Positions 11,344 to 25,344 of a stretch of 64,000 nt of DNA are shown in pieces. The position numbers and the translations under genes are program-made. The stretch lies in NCBI GenBank assembly GCA_951406725.2, contig OX597814.1:8308001-8372000 (forward strand), written 5' to 3'. Each line of letters starts with the position of its first letter. Positions within the stretch are counted from its first letter, which is position 1. The notes beneath the pieces were generated by a model. It was not told where the DNA came from. It searched no databases and was given only the letters and a program-made list of their open reading frames with translations. The DNA is from Octopus vulgaris. Lineage: Eukaryota.

Positions 11344-11381
11344 ATTAGCGCTTTCTCCCATTCTAGTGGGGTTTTCAAATC
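11344..11381 (-). ncRNA. Hammerhead variant with U3-A8 core, in a ~200-bp insert within (TA)n
   Basis: AT | TTGAAAA | CCCCA-ctagaa-TGGGA | GAAA | GCGC | TA | AT. Stem I is very short. Confidence 0.5.
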
Positions 11382-11402
11382 AAACTAAGTTCCTGTGTGT
11401 TC

Positions 11403-11466
<64 letters not shown>

Positions 11467-11537
11467 TGTAATATGTATACATATATATACACATATATAC
11501 ATGCATGCATATATACCCACACACACATACATATATA

Positions 11538-11990
11538 GGTGCAGGTGTGGCTGTGTCATAACAAACTTGGTTCCAAAACACATGGTCCTGAGTTCAGTCC
11601 CACTGTGTGGTAACTTGGCACGTGTCTTCTGCTATATCTGTCTGTCTGTCTGCCAGTCTGTATGAATCCCTAAAAACCTGAGAACTACACAACCAATTTC
11701 ATTCAAGTTTTACACATGCCTTACTTAGGGTCCATGCTAGGAGAAGATCTATTGTGGTCTTATATGCTACACCACTGGTTCTAAATTCATATTAATCAAA
11801 TTAATATTCAATTTTTCAGCCTTATTTTTAAATTGTAAGTGTATGTGTGTGTCTTTGTCTCTGTGTTTCGCCCTCATCACTGCTTTACAACTGCTGTTCA
11901 TTTATTTACATCCCCATCACTTACTGGTTTCACAAGAACAAACTAATAGAATAAGTACCAGGCTTATCAACATAAAAAAAGCACTAGGCT
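11538..11990 (+). mobile_element. tRNA-derived SINE interrupted by a Helitron-like piece (11636-11835)
   Basis: Shares diagnostic changes with the SINE at 627-958. Confidence 0.6.
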
Positions 11991-12056
11991 GTGTCTCATA
12001 TCTTTGTTTGCCCACTCAGTTGTATCTATCAATTTATCTTTGTATGCGTGTGTCTG

Positions 12057-12102
<46 letters not shown>

Positions 12103-12113
12103 ATGTATATATA

Positions 12114-13737
12114 TCATCATCATCATCATCATCATCATTTAACGTCCGCTTTCCATGCTAGCATGGGTTGGACGGTTCAACTGGGGTCTGGGGAGCCCGA
12201 AAGCTGCACCAGTCCAGTCAGATCTGGCAGTGTTTCTACAGCTGGATGCCCTTCCTAACGCCAACCACTCCGAGAGTGTAGTGGGTGATTTTATGTGCCA
12301 CCGACACAGGTGCCAGACGAGGCTGGCAAACGGCCACGCTCGGATGGTGTTTTTTATGTGCCACCAACACAGGTGCCAGACGAGGCTGGCAGACGGCCAC
12401 GCTCGGATGGTGTTTTTATGTGCCACCGACACAGGTGCCAGATGAGGCTGGCAAACGGCCACGATCGGATGGTGCTTGTTACGTGCCCACAGCACGGAGG
12501 CCAGTCGATGCGGTACTGGCTACGGCCACGTTCGGATGGTTTTCTTGTGTGCCACGTGCCACCGGCACTGGTACCACAAAGATACAAATTCCATTGATGT
12601 TCATCTATTTTGATTTGTTTTGATTTTTTTGATTTTCACTTGCCTCAACAGGTCTTCACAAGTGTCACAAGAAGGAAGGTATGCACAGGTGGACTGACTA
12701 CGTCCCAGGTAGGGGCCATGGGTTATGGCCTGACTAGTCTTGCCGGGTCTTCGGATGGTGTTTTTATGTGCCACCGACACAGGTGCTAGATGAGGCTAGC
12801 GAACGGCCACGATCGGATGGTGTTTGTCATGTGCCCACAGCACGGAGGCCAGTCGATGCGGTACTGGCTACGGCCACTTTCGGATGGTTTTCTCTTGTGT
12901 GCCACCGGCACTGGTACCACAAAGATACAAATTCCATTGATGTTCATCTATTTTGATTTGTTTTGATTTGATTTTGATTTTCACTTGCCTCAACAGGCCT
13001 TCACAAGTATCACAAGGAGGAAGGTATCACAGGTGGAGGAGGAAGGTATGGCCTGACAGGTGGACTGACTACGTCCCAGGTAGGGGCCATGGTTTATGGC
13101 CTGACTAGTCTTGCCGGGTCTTCGGATGGTGTTTTTATGTGCCACCGACACAGGTGCTAGATGAGGCTGGCGAACGGCCACGATTGGATGGTGTTTGTTG
13201 TGCCCACAGCACGATGGCCAGTGATGCGGTACTGACTACGGCCATGTTCGGATGGGTTCTTGTGTGCCACCGGCACTGGTACCACAAGCGGTACTGCCTA
13301 CTTTTTATGTGCCACCGACACAGGTGCTAGATGAGGCTGGCGAACGGCCACGACCGGATGGTGTTTGTTATGTGCCCACAGCACGATGGCCAGTGATGCG
13401 GTACTGACTACGGCCACGTTCGGATGGATTCTTGTGTGCCACCGGCACTGGTACCACAAGCGGTACTGACTACGGCCACGTTCGGATGGATTCTTGTGTG
13501 CAACCGGCACTGGTACCACAAAGATACAAATTCCATTGATGTTCATCTATTTTGATTTGTTTTGATTTGATTTTCACTTGCCTCAACAGGTCTTCACAAG
13601 TGTCACAAGAAGGAAGGTATGTACAGGTGGACTGACTACGTCCCAGGTAGGGCCCACGGGTTATGACCTGACTAGTCTTGCCGGGTCTTCGGATGGTGTT
13701 TTTATGTGCCACCATGTTCCCACAGCACGGAGGCGAA
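12114..13737 (-). mobile_element. RTE 3' UTR with internal duplications and ~61-bp repeats
   Basis: It has a (CAT)n tail and is homologous to 25341-26200. The ~420-bp block is repeated about three times. Confidence 0.88.
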
Positions 13738-13743
13738 TATATG

Positions 13744-13806
<63 letters not shown>

Positions 13807-13836
<30 letters not shown>

Positions 13837-14484
13837 TTAACGTCCGCTTTCCATGCTAGCATGGGTTGGACGGTTCAACTGGGGTCTGGGGAGCCCGAAG
13901 GCTGCACCAGGCCAGTCAGATCTGGCAGTGTTTCTACAGCTGGATGCCCTTCCTAACGCCAACCACTCCGAGAGTGTAGTGGGTGATTTTATGTGCCGAC
14001 ACAGGTGCCAGACGAGGCTGGCGAACGGCCACGCTCGGATGGTGTTTTTTATGTGCCACCAACACAGGTGCCAGACGAGGCTGGCAGACGGCCACGCTCG
14101 GATGGTGTTTTTATGTGCCACCGACACAAGTGCCAGATGAGGCTGGCGAACGGCCACGATCGGATGGTGTTTGTTACGTGCCCACAGCACGGAGGCCAGT
14201 CGATGCGGTACTGGCTAGGGCCACTTTCGGATGGTTTTCTTGTGTGCCACCGGCACTGGTACCACAAAGATACAAATTCCATTGATGTTCATCTATTTTG
14301 ATTTTTTGATTTTCACTTGCCTCAACAGGTCTTCACAAGTGTCACACACTTGCCTCAACAGGTCTTCACAAGTGTCATAAGAAGGAAGGTATGCACAGGT
14401 GGACTGACTACGTCCCAGGTAGGGGCCACAGGTTATGGCCTGACTACGTCCCAGGTAGGGGCCACGGGTTATGGCCTGACTAAT
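13807..14484 (-). mobile_element. RTE 3' UTR copy
   Basis: Near-identical to 12114-12735, with (TA)n on both sides. Confidence 0.88.
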
Positions 14485-14574
14485 CTTTATATATATATAT
14501 ATATATATATATAAGTAGATAAATGAATTATCTTATTACGGATAATTCGAAAGATATATATATATATATATCAG

Positions 14575-15505
14575 CATCCCAATACTCCTCTTACCACAAA
14601 CCTAACCAGTACCTTAAATACCTTAACATCCATTCCAATCACCATAAATCCACGTTTTATAATATAATCAAAGGAATCTCAACCCGCATATCTGACCTCT
14701 CTTCTACTGAAGAAATCTTCAATAATCACGCACCATATTATAATCAACCACTCGCTGCTAGAGGCTTCTCCCAACAAATAGAATACATCCCGAACACCAG
14801 GCTCAAACAATACATATCTCAAATCACATCTCAAACACGCAACAACCACCACAACTGCAACCAAACACACACAGTTGATTGGAACATGGAAGCCATTGCA
14901 TCCAGACAATATAGACCCCACACACATTCATTTAACAATAGGGCAAATACTAAAACAAATAAAACAACTAACAATAACAGGCCTCACTTATCACCCACCC
15001 TACACAATAAGTTAAATAACTCATTTATCTAACAATTTAGATAGCTCCATCCCTAGACCCCCTAAAAAAGTGACGGTCGCTCTATTTTATGGTACACACC
15101 ACCATTTTCACTTAACGTTAAGAACCTAGCTAAACCCTTCTTTAGAATACTTGATTGCAACTTCCCTCGACAACATAAATATCACTCTATCTTTAATAGA
15201 TCCACCCTGAAACTATATTATTCAAACTCACCTAACTTTGAATCCATTGTAGCAGCCTCGAATAAGCAAAAGCTCTCTCTTTACTATCAAAACTTACATA
15301 ACAACAACTCTACTAATACAAATAATCAACACACGTACATATCTAGCATAGATACTATCACACCTGGTAATAATTGCAACCCAACCTATTCTACCGACAA
15401 TGCCCAGAATATCACCACATTCTCTAATGCCTTGACAAATAGCAGAAGTAAGAGTAACAATAGTAGTAATAGCGGCGGTAGTAATGATAACTTTAATAAT
15501 GATAT

Positions 15506-15549
<44 letters not shown>

Positions 15550-17230
15550 TAGAAATTTTCACCCGCTTCGATAACCTCTCTTCTGATGATACTAACTCCT
15601 CAGTTACTGAACATGATCCTCAAAATTCACCTAATTGTATTTGCCATCCTGGAACAACCTGCCCACTACAAACCCATTGCAGAAGATATAATGTAATCTA
15701 CAAATGCACAGTCCTTAACCAATTACACAACTCTTCAGCCATATACATAGGATCAACAAAAAACTTTAAGCAACGATATGCCACTCATCTCCACTCTTTT
15801 AGATACAATAAACATAGTAAATCTACAACGCCTGCCAACCACATACATCATCTCAAAAATGCAAATATACCCTATACTTTATCATGGTCCATAATAGACT
15901 TAGGACTTCCCTACCAAGGTCAACGCTCAATGAGCAAGTATTGCTTGAAGGAGGCACTCCAAATATTGAAGCACAACTCTCCAACACTGCTTAATAAACA
16001 TGACGAGGCACTAAGCACATGCAACCACCGCTTTTATCACACATTTAAATCCTATCACAAATCCAAATGCCAAAATGACCATACAGTACATTTCTGCATT
16101 AATTCGTAGGTAATCCCATTAACCAATGAATTTACACTCTAACTTATAACCCATATCTAGTTTCTCACATATGCAACCATCTGATTATATTTGTTTACAT
16201 ATATATACACGTACACACCCATACGTGTGTATATATGCATGAGGGAGGGTATGCATGTATGCATACATGTGGGTATATGTAAACATTTATACATATGCAA
16301 AATTTAGATGACTGCACATGTAGGAACGATGATACATGAGGATTGTATTTGTAACTTATCTCTATAACTTATATGATATACATGTATATATGTCTTCACA
16401 TAAATATTTTCTCAGAATAACTAACACAGCTATTTCCTTAATTCTTCACAATAAATAGCTGCTACTACACTTAGTACTTCCTCTATCTCTTAAACCCCCT
16501 CCCCACCGAATTCCTATATCATTTATACTATAATACCTTTCTCTCTCTATGCCCACCCCTACTTTCAAACTACCTCCACTGACCAACCTATATCTTAATT
16601 TTTCTTTTTTCTTTTACTTACTCTCTTTATTCATACCTTCAGGGGTTTTATTTATTTTTTTTGTTTTTTACTAATCTTCTTTCTTTCTATCCTCCTCTTA
16701 TCTCTCTCTCTATTGTCATTCCTCTCTTCCTGTTTTTCTTTGTCATTCCTCTCTTCCTGTTTTCAATTTGACCAAACTAATACACTCCCTATTTCTAGGT
16801 CAGTTTAAACACAAACCCCAAATCTGCTACATTTTATATAAATTCCCTACAAGGAATGACCAACTTTAAGAGAATCTTACATTGCTTATAAACTTTACAT
16901 TTGGATGGACTCATATTAAACTCTGCTGGACTTTTGGAGTTTACTCAAAGGATATTGGAATATTACACATATATACCATTATGCCTATAAAACGGATTTA
17001 TGAACTCAATAACCATACATACCTTACATCTATTTTCTTTCCTCCACCTCACTCTTTATTTGTATCACATCTAAACTAACTATGACTTAATTTTTCCTCT
17101 CACACTATCTCCGATGAAAGGATATTATTATTAATTAATATCCCAGAAACAGCTGTAAGACCTTCTACCTATAAATGTTCTAATATCTATACAGCCTTGA
17201 TTTTTTTATCTCATTACACAAAAAATTCAT
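14575..17230 (+). mobile_element. Penelope-like element, 5'-truncated (RT thumb, N-rich linker, GIY-YIG, 3' region with hammerhead)
   Basis: YHKPNQYLKYLNIHSNH...RISDLSSTEEIFNNHAPYYNQ is followed by CICHPGTTCPL...NVIYKCTV...IYIGST...FKQRYATH...CLKE...LLNK. Confidence 0.9.
17108..17160 (+). ncRNA. Minimal hammerhead (U4C core variant) at the PLE 3' end
   Basis: TCT | CCGATGA | GGATATTA...TAATATCC | GAAA (17146-17149) | CAGCTG | TA | AGA. Confidence 0.7.
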
Positions 17231-17234
17231 ATAT

Positions 17235-19565
17235 CATCATCATCATCATCATCGTTTAATGTCCGCTTTCCGTGCTAGCATGGGTTGGACAGTTCAACTG
17301 GGGTCTGGGAAGCCAGAAGGCTGCGCCAGGCCCAGTCTGATCTGGCAGTGTTTCTACAGCTGGATGCCCTTCCTGTCCATCTGTTCGTACACTTGCGTCA
17401 TACAGTCTGCCTTTTACTCTGAGCAAGAGGCCTTTAGTCACCAGCAGAGGTAAGAGCTCTCTGAACTTTGCCCAGGCTATTCATCTGAACCATCCGAACG
17501 TGGCCATTGCCAGTGCCACTCCGACTGGCTTCCATGCCGGTGGCATGTAAAAAGCACCATCCGATCGTGGCCGTTTGCCAGCTTCATCTGGCACCTGTGC
17601 CGGTGGCACATAAAAAGCACCCACTACACTCACGGAGTGGTTGGCGTTAGGAAGGGCATCCAGCCGTAGAAACATTGCTAGATCAGACTGGGCCTGGTGC
17701 AGTCTTCTGGCTTCCCAGATCCCAGTTGCACCGCCCAACCCATGCCAGCATGGAAAGCGGACGCTAAACGATGATAATGATGATGATTCATACTCTAGCA
17801 GTTACACTTTCAGCACACCCACCCCCACTACTGACTTGGTCACCTAGGTAACGGAAGCTATCAACTATTTCTAGTTTTTCTCCCTGTTGGTCTCTGTACA
17901 TCTTCAGTGTTTATTGCACCTGTGCATCTTCAACATACAAAAACTATCTTCCCAGTTAGCCTGCCTTTGACATTGCTGCACCTCTTTCCTTTGACATTGC
18001 TGCACCTCTTATGTGTCCATAGCTTACACTGGGTACATCTTATGGAGTTTCTACTTAAGCCTTTTCTACAGATTAAGCAGGGCCATCTACCTGAAGGCGT
18101 TTGTGGTTTGTCTACCTTCCTACTTATTAGGACTTTGGTTTTAGCTCGGTTGACTCTAAGGCCCTTCGATTCTAATCCTTCCTTCCACATCTGAAACCTC
18201 TCCTCAAGTTCTGATAGTGACTCAGCAATTAGAGCAAGGTCATCAGCATAGAGAAACTCCCCGGGGCATCCTGTCTTGAATTCCTCCGTTATTGCCTGGA
18301 GGACTATAATAAATCGGAGGGGGCTGAGGACTGAGCCTTGGTGGACCCCTACCTCTACCCAAAATTCTTCACTGTACTCATTGCCAACCGTCACCTTACT
18401 AGCAGCGTCCCTGTACATGGCTCGCACAGCTCTCACTAGCCATTCATCTATCCCTAGTTTCCTCATTGACCACCAGATAAGGGATCGGGGGACCCTGTCA
18501 AAGGCTTTCTCCATGTCAACGAAAGCCAGGTACAGAGACTTATCTTTGGCTAGGTATTTCTCCTGCAGCTGACTCACAAGAAATATGGCATCAGTGGTGC
18601 TTTTCCCTGGCACAAAACCAATCTGTATCTCATCTAAACTGATCCTCTCCTTAATTAGTTGGGCTATGACCCTCTCCGTAACCTTCATTACCTGATCCAA
18701 CAGCTTGATATCTCTGTAATTATTTGTATCTAAAGCGTCACCTTTACCTTTGTAGCAGTTGACTATTATGCTGTACACCAGTCATTTGATATGACTCCTT
18801 CATGTATAGCCGACACTGCCAGATATTTTGAGCATCTCTGCAGTAATTCCTGATGGGCCTGGGGCTTTCCCTGTTTTCATGCTTCTAACTGCCTTACCTA
18901 CCAAGGAACAGTCAACTGAGATAGCTGGTCCCTCTGTTGGGTCGACATTCGGCAGACTCTCTTTATCCCATTCATTTTCTTTATTCAGCAACCTTTCATA
19001 GTTTCATCTCCAAACCTCTCTCTTTTCATCCTCATTTAGCGCAAGTGAACCATCATCCATGCGAACACTTTTCTCTCCTACCACATCACGATTCTCTCTC
19101 ACACACTGTCTTGCAACACGAAATACCTCAAGTCTTTGGTCCTCACGGCGCAGAACATTGGCAAATTTTTCTTATCTGCTTCCCCTCTGGCTAAATAGAC
19201 CTGTCTCCTAGCTTCCCTTCTGGCAGTCTGATACACTTCCCTGCTACCTCCAGTTCTTCCAGTCCCTCCAAGCCTGTTTCTTTTGTCAGCCTCGCCTGGC
19301 CCCCATGCCGGTGGCACGTAAAAGCACCATCCGTTCGTGGCCGTTTGCCACCTCCGTCTGGCACCTGTGCAGGTGGCACGTAAAAAGCACCCACTACACT
19401 CACGGAGTGGTTGGCATTAGGAAGGGCAACCAGCCGTAGAAACACTGCCAGATCAGACTGGGCCTGATGCAGCCTTCTGGCTTCACAGACCCCAGTTGAA
19501 CCATCCAACCCATGCTAGCATGGAAAGCGGACGCTAAATGATGATGATGATGATGATGATGATGA
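17235..19565 (-). mobile_element. Composite of RTE LINE pieces: minus-strand RT with plus-strand 3' tails at 17482-17790 and 19286-19565
   Basis: ORF 17930-18778 has RT motifs (YADD). Three tail segments occur in alternating orientation. Confidence 0.88.
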
Positions 19566-20689
19566 TAATACTCTAATGGAAGCCTTAACTCCCAAATTTT
19601 AGTCATTTCTTTTATGATTCAAAACTAGGTCAAAAGTACAGAATGGATCTTTATGAAATTTGGAAATTGTATTCTATACATAAGGGCCTTATCTCCCATG
19701 ATAATTCATATATTTTTGCTGTTGATGAAATTTTAACCATAGACATTAGACACAAATGAAGTAATATTTATGAAATTTCATCTTCTTACAAGTTACAAAG
19801 ACCCCTCCATGGGGACTTAACATCCACATTTTGTCATTTTATCTAAGCAAAGACGAATACAGTTGTACTCCTCGAAGATGTAGGGTTACCCAAGCATAAT
19901 AGATGAGCATTATTTGTAATTCAATGGTACAACAGTGTAACAGTTTGCTTTGACATACACTTACATTGTGATTTCTGCAATGTGGTGCATAAATTGTCAA
20001 GTAAATGAGAGGCATCTTTGCCTCCACTGATTCAGTTGCAAAGTGTTGAGTAAAGTTATTTGATTGCAGACCTCCTTTCACTCTTTTTATTATCACTGGG
20101 TCACACATAGTCCCCTGATGGTAACATTGATTTCAAGGCCTTCCCAGATGAGTGACTGGTTATTCAAAGACATTTATAGATTGTAAATTTATTCTCTCCA
20201 GTTCCATATCAGTATAGCGGTCATTTGCAAACTCCAGAGGTGACACTTTCATTTCTCCTTAGCCCTCACGTCACACAGTTGTTAATGTTTATTTCAGTTG
20301 TGTCAGCCCTTCCAATTGCTATAGATTCATAATGAATCTTATGGCTGTGCCTGTCACCTGTGTGGTGAGGAATCCTACATTGGGAGTGGTTTTGACTAGG
20401 GTAGGGTAGCTGACTGCTTATTGTGATCATTCGTCTTTTGGTTTCCTGTAGCTTTGCTCTCTTTTACAAACCCAGTGAACATATATTTCCTATTTCAAAG
20501 AAATTCAAACAATAGATATAAGACCCAAGTTAAAACGATTCTCAACAATTCAACTTCTCTGCTTGACTTTAAGACACCCACCCCCAACAGGGGCCTTAAC
20601 TCTCACATTTTAGAGCTCCATGACCTTCATTTTTCAGGAGCAAAATCCTTCTGAGAGGTTCAATAAGACTGGAATTTTGGAATATGCGC

Positions 20690-20884
20690 TTAAAAATTAG
20701 TAGTATGGGATACATGTGTTATGATTACAATTTTTTTAGGGTGTGTAAAGAGGGAAATAACCTTCATCTGCAATTTTGATGAAATTTGAAACATAGATAT
20801 TCCAGTTCATTGGAGAAAATATAACAGAAAGGTCTAATTCTTTAATTGCATGTAACTCGGGCAATACCGGGTATCTCTGCTAAT
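20690..20884 (+). mobile_element. Helitron-like 3' end
   Basis: CTCGGGCAATACCGGG hairpin followed by TATCTCTGCTAA. It resembles the ends at 34025 and 49169. Confidence 0.45.
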
Positions 20885-20899
20885 CACTTATATTTCTAT

Positions 20900-23800
20900 A
20901 TATTTGAAACCACGGATTTCCCAACTCGGGAGTAGACTTTTCTTTAACTACAGATTCTTATTCTCATTAATTTCAAACAACCAAATAACCAAAACCACAC
21001 ACTCCTATGGGAGAATATTTATTTATATATATACTTCGTCAACACCTTCTGATAACTAAAGGATCACCCACACATTAAAAATAAGAAACAAGAAAACAAA
21101 AAAGATAAAATAACTGCAAGTTTATAATTCAAATACAATCACAAATCTCTCAGTATTACAGCAAACATTCTGTACAATCTATTCTACATACTTCTCCCTG
21201 AATTATCAAAGAATTAGGGAACCCACAAAAAATAATCAACAAAACAAACGAACAAAATAAACTTTAATAAAACATATCCACCAGAATGGCTAGCCACCAA
21301 AAATCCAACAAAAACTGGTCTGATAATGAAATTGACGTTCTTATAAACACATGGCATTGCCTTACCCAAACGGAAAATATAGGTGCTTCATGTCTGAACA
21401 AAATTGCTAGACGAACAGTTCACCAAAATAAATTAAAGGAAATCGAAGTTGCTTTTAAATTAATCAATAAACACTTCGATAAACTGAGATGTGTTTTCTC
21501 TTCGAACGCATCACCGGCGCAGCAACAACAACAACTTCAGTAACATCAGTAACCACAACCTCAGCAACAACAACAACAGTATGAACCATTCTTTGATTCA
21601 TCTACAATGGCCGATTTGTTAAATGATTGACCCCCCCCCAGTCACCAGGGCCTCACAGCAGGAAACACCACCCCTTCCTTTCACTGCCCCAGTAGCTCAA
21701 TCATCATCACTGTTAACATCTCTTATGCCTACTACTACTACTACCCCTACTGCTACCTCAAGGAATCTACCTCCTACTACTAGTTCAAGAACTCTACCTC
21801 CCACCAGTCACAAAGGTTGCCAAAACCTCAACAAACTATCACCTACACCTCTCACAACTCACACACGTACCCACACACTCACTCGAAACCCCACTATAGA
21901 TTATGCACTGATAGAGACTGCAAATTCCCCCATTTACCTGGGACAAAACTCTCTATCCCCACAAACTACAACAGCTACCACCACAACCACCAATATCTCA
22001 ACCAGGGAATCCCCAAATCTGCTGCTATTCCCAACGAGACTGATTGTGTTTGCACAGGGATTGTCCCTTTACCCATCTCCCGGGGACTCGGACAAATGAT
22101 AAAAATAAAAGCAAAAAACCTATGACTCATATAAAAATAACCACAACCACAGTCACCTACAGTTCCCCAGACAGGAAACTTCTTCCTCTTTTTTTAGCTA
22201 TTATGAATCTAGCAAAAGAACTGGAAAAAAACATCCGAGCTATCGCCCACCCCCATCTACCACTATCACCCCATTGCACATGCCATTAAAAAGCAAACAA
22301 ATAAGCAAAACACCAAAACAATTAAAACCATCCACTCTCGCCTCAACATTTTTGCTTAATGCCAAAGGCATCAGCCCCCCTTCCACCAATACTCAAAAAT
22401 GGAAGATAAAATTCCTGGAGGACTGGGTCGATGCCCATCCAAACCACATCCCTTTCTTCGTCCTCACTGAAACCCATCTTAGTAACCTCCAATTGGAAGC
22501 TGAGGTGAAAGCCATTCGTGCTGATCGTGCTGGCAGAAGAAAGGGTGGGACTGCCATTTATGTTCATGATTCATTCTCAACAGAGGCTATGAATATATTT
22601 TCAAATGGATACTGCAAAGCAGTCGTGGATTCAGTCAAACCAACAACTTAACAGTAGTTGGGCTCTACTGACCACCCCAAACGCCCCTACCATGCTTCAA
22701 GGAATGCTTCAACAACATAAAGGGTTTCATCCAGCAGTGTCAACCTGACAACATCTTAATGATGGAGGACTTCAACCTCCCCAAACAGTCTGCTGCCAGG
22801 TTCTTCTGTCTCAACTCCTGACAGGGAGGCAGTGGAATCGCTTCTTGACTTTATGGATGATTTCTTCCTGTTCCAACTAGTGCTCGAACCAACGAGATGT
22901 CACAAAAACGTCTTAGACTTAATTTTCAGCAATCACACTGATACTATCCACAATATTGCAGTGGAGAAAACCCTACTCTCTGATCATGACATGGTTCTCT
23001 GTGATCTGAGATTTCACTGGCCAAAATGCAAAACAAATGTCGCCCCTCCTGTCCATCCATTTGACACTATGGATTTTCGCAACGCAAACTGGGAAGCGAT
23101 CAGTAATGATCTTGCACATGTCAATTGGTCCTTCACACACATGCACACACCTACTAACATTAAAAAAGTCCTGGTAGTCATTTGTAGACACCATTACGAA
23201 CATATGTGAAAAATACACCCCATTAAGATCTGCAAACAAATCTAAGTGCAAAATCACTAGAAATAGAAAAACACTCATCAAGAAAATTAAAAGAATTAAC
23301 AAAAAAATCAACAAGCTGAAATACTGTCAACAGCAACACACCAACCTGACTGCCATCTCATCACTAGAGATTAAAAAACATAAACTCCAAAACAACATGA
23401 TGTCTATCATCAATAGTCAGAGAAGAGCTGAAGAGGCCTGGGCCATTGAGGAGACCAAACTCAATCCCAAAGTGTTCTTTTCATTTGCAAAAAAACACAG
23501 TCACTGGTTCTACTGTTGGCCCTCTGATTGATGAAAATGGTACTCTTCAAGACAATGCCAAAACCATGGGAGAGATATTGCAGAAACAATATTGCTCTGT
23601 TTTCAGCAATCCTGATATGACTGATCTGGGCTGTATCAGTGATGTTACTCCCCAATACACTTTATCGGACATAACCTTTGGTGCCCCTGATGTCTTAGCA
23701 GCAATAAAGGAAATCAAGCATAATTCAGCAGTAGGTCCCGATAGGTTCCCTGCTTGTGTCTTGAAGATATGTCAACACCAACTTGCACCCCTCTAGCCAA

Positions 23801-25287
23801 TCTGTGGTGGAATGTCACTGGATGTTGGAAAACCTATCCCAGTCTATTGTCCCAGTTTTCAAAAAGGAAACAAATCCCTTGCCGTGAATTACCGTCCAAT
23901 CTCACTCACCTCTCATATCATTAAGGTATTTGAGAGAATGCTGAGATCGCGTATGATTCACTTCCTTGAGAGTCATAATATGCTGAACTCCAACCAGCAT
24001 GGATTCTGTAATGGAAGGGATTGCCTGATGCAGCTACTGCATCACTTCGATGACATTTTGAGAGCCTTGGGAGAGGGTTCCAACACTGATGTCATCTACC
24101 TTGATTTCAGCAAGGCCTTTGACAGGGTTGATCATAAAATCCTTTTGAGAAAGCTGTCCAAAATTGGTGTCACTGGAAAGCTGCTGCAGTGGATCAAGTG
24201 CTTCCTGTCAAACAGAACCCAACATATTGTAGTCGAAGGAGTCAAATCCAGCCCAGCCAAAGTCAGTAGTGGTGTCCCACAAGGCACTGTGTTGGGCCCA
24301 CTTTTTTCATCATCTACATTAATGACATCACTGACATCATCAAACACAGTAACATTAGAATCTTCGTTGATGATTCCAAGCTCCAGAAGGTCGTCATTGG
24401 CGTGGATGACCAGATAAGCCTCCAGTCAGTCCTACTGGCTGTTGTCCAATGGGCAGAAAAGAACAATATGTTGCTAAACGAAGACAAATTCAAACTGATC
24501 CACTTTGGAAGGGAGGATGCTCTGAAACTCCCATACTCCCTTCCTTCTGGTGAAATTCTCATGGCATCTAACATCAGAGACTTGGGAGTAACAGTGAACA
24601 ACAACATAAACTGGGATACACATATAAGCAGTAAAGTTGACAGGGCCCGCAGGATGTGTTCCTGGATTCTCAGAACCTTCCAGTCGAGAGATTCCCACAC
24701 CATTATCCTTCTCTTCTCCACTTTTGCCTAACCCCACCTTGAATACTACTGTCCACTGTGGTCTCCCTACACGAAGCAAAATATTATGAAAATTGAAGCT
24801 CCCCAAAGGTCAATCACGAAAAGGATAGATGGCACGTCAGACCTTGACTGCTGGGGTCGACTGGAAAAGCTGAAACTCTATTCACTCCAACGATGCCATG
24901 AATGTGGAAAATATTCCATCAGCACTGTCCAAATGATGTTGGCATCACCTTCAAAATACATCCAAGGCTTGGACCCCGTGCCATCCGTCCACAACAAAAG
25001 TCTAAATCGCATCTCATAATAATACAGCACAATTATTTCACTTCAATTGGACCCGCTCTCTTCAACATTACACCAGGACACGTCAAAACAGAAACTGACC
25101 ACACAAATTTAAGAACTCTTTGGACAAATTCCTCCATACAGTCCAGGACAAACCACCCACACCTTGATATGTTACCTCAAATAATAACTCTCTTCTCGAA
25201 TGGGCCTTGGTGCCCAAATCCTGAATTGAAAGACTTAACCAGGTGGTGCTATTAAGATAGACATACTGGCCAAAAACCTTTCTAAGT

Positions 25288-25290
<3 letters not shown>
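20900..25290 (+). mobile_element. CR1-group LINE, near full length, decayed
   Basis: ORF1-like region starts at 21286. APE motifs are LTETHL, GGTAIYV, DFNLP, LDLIF and SDH. RT motifs are NYRPISLTS, QHGF, YLDFSKAFD, SGVPQG and FVDD. There are many stops and frameshifts. Confidence 0.9.

Positions 25291-25340
<50 letters not shown>

Positions 25341-25344
<4 letters not shown>

Noticed and set aside
12139-14301. Many overlapping Cys/His-rich ORFs (MCHRHRCQTRL...)
   Set aside because: They arise from stop-poor RTE UTR repeats and are open in several frames on both strands.
19839-20260. Possible host exon or LINE ORF1 remnant
   Set aside because: There is no convincing motif or splice pair, and it is too decayed to assign.
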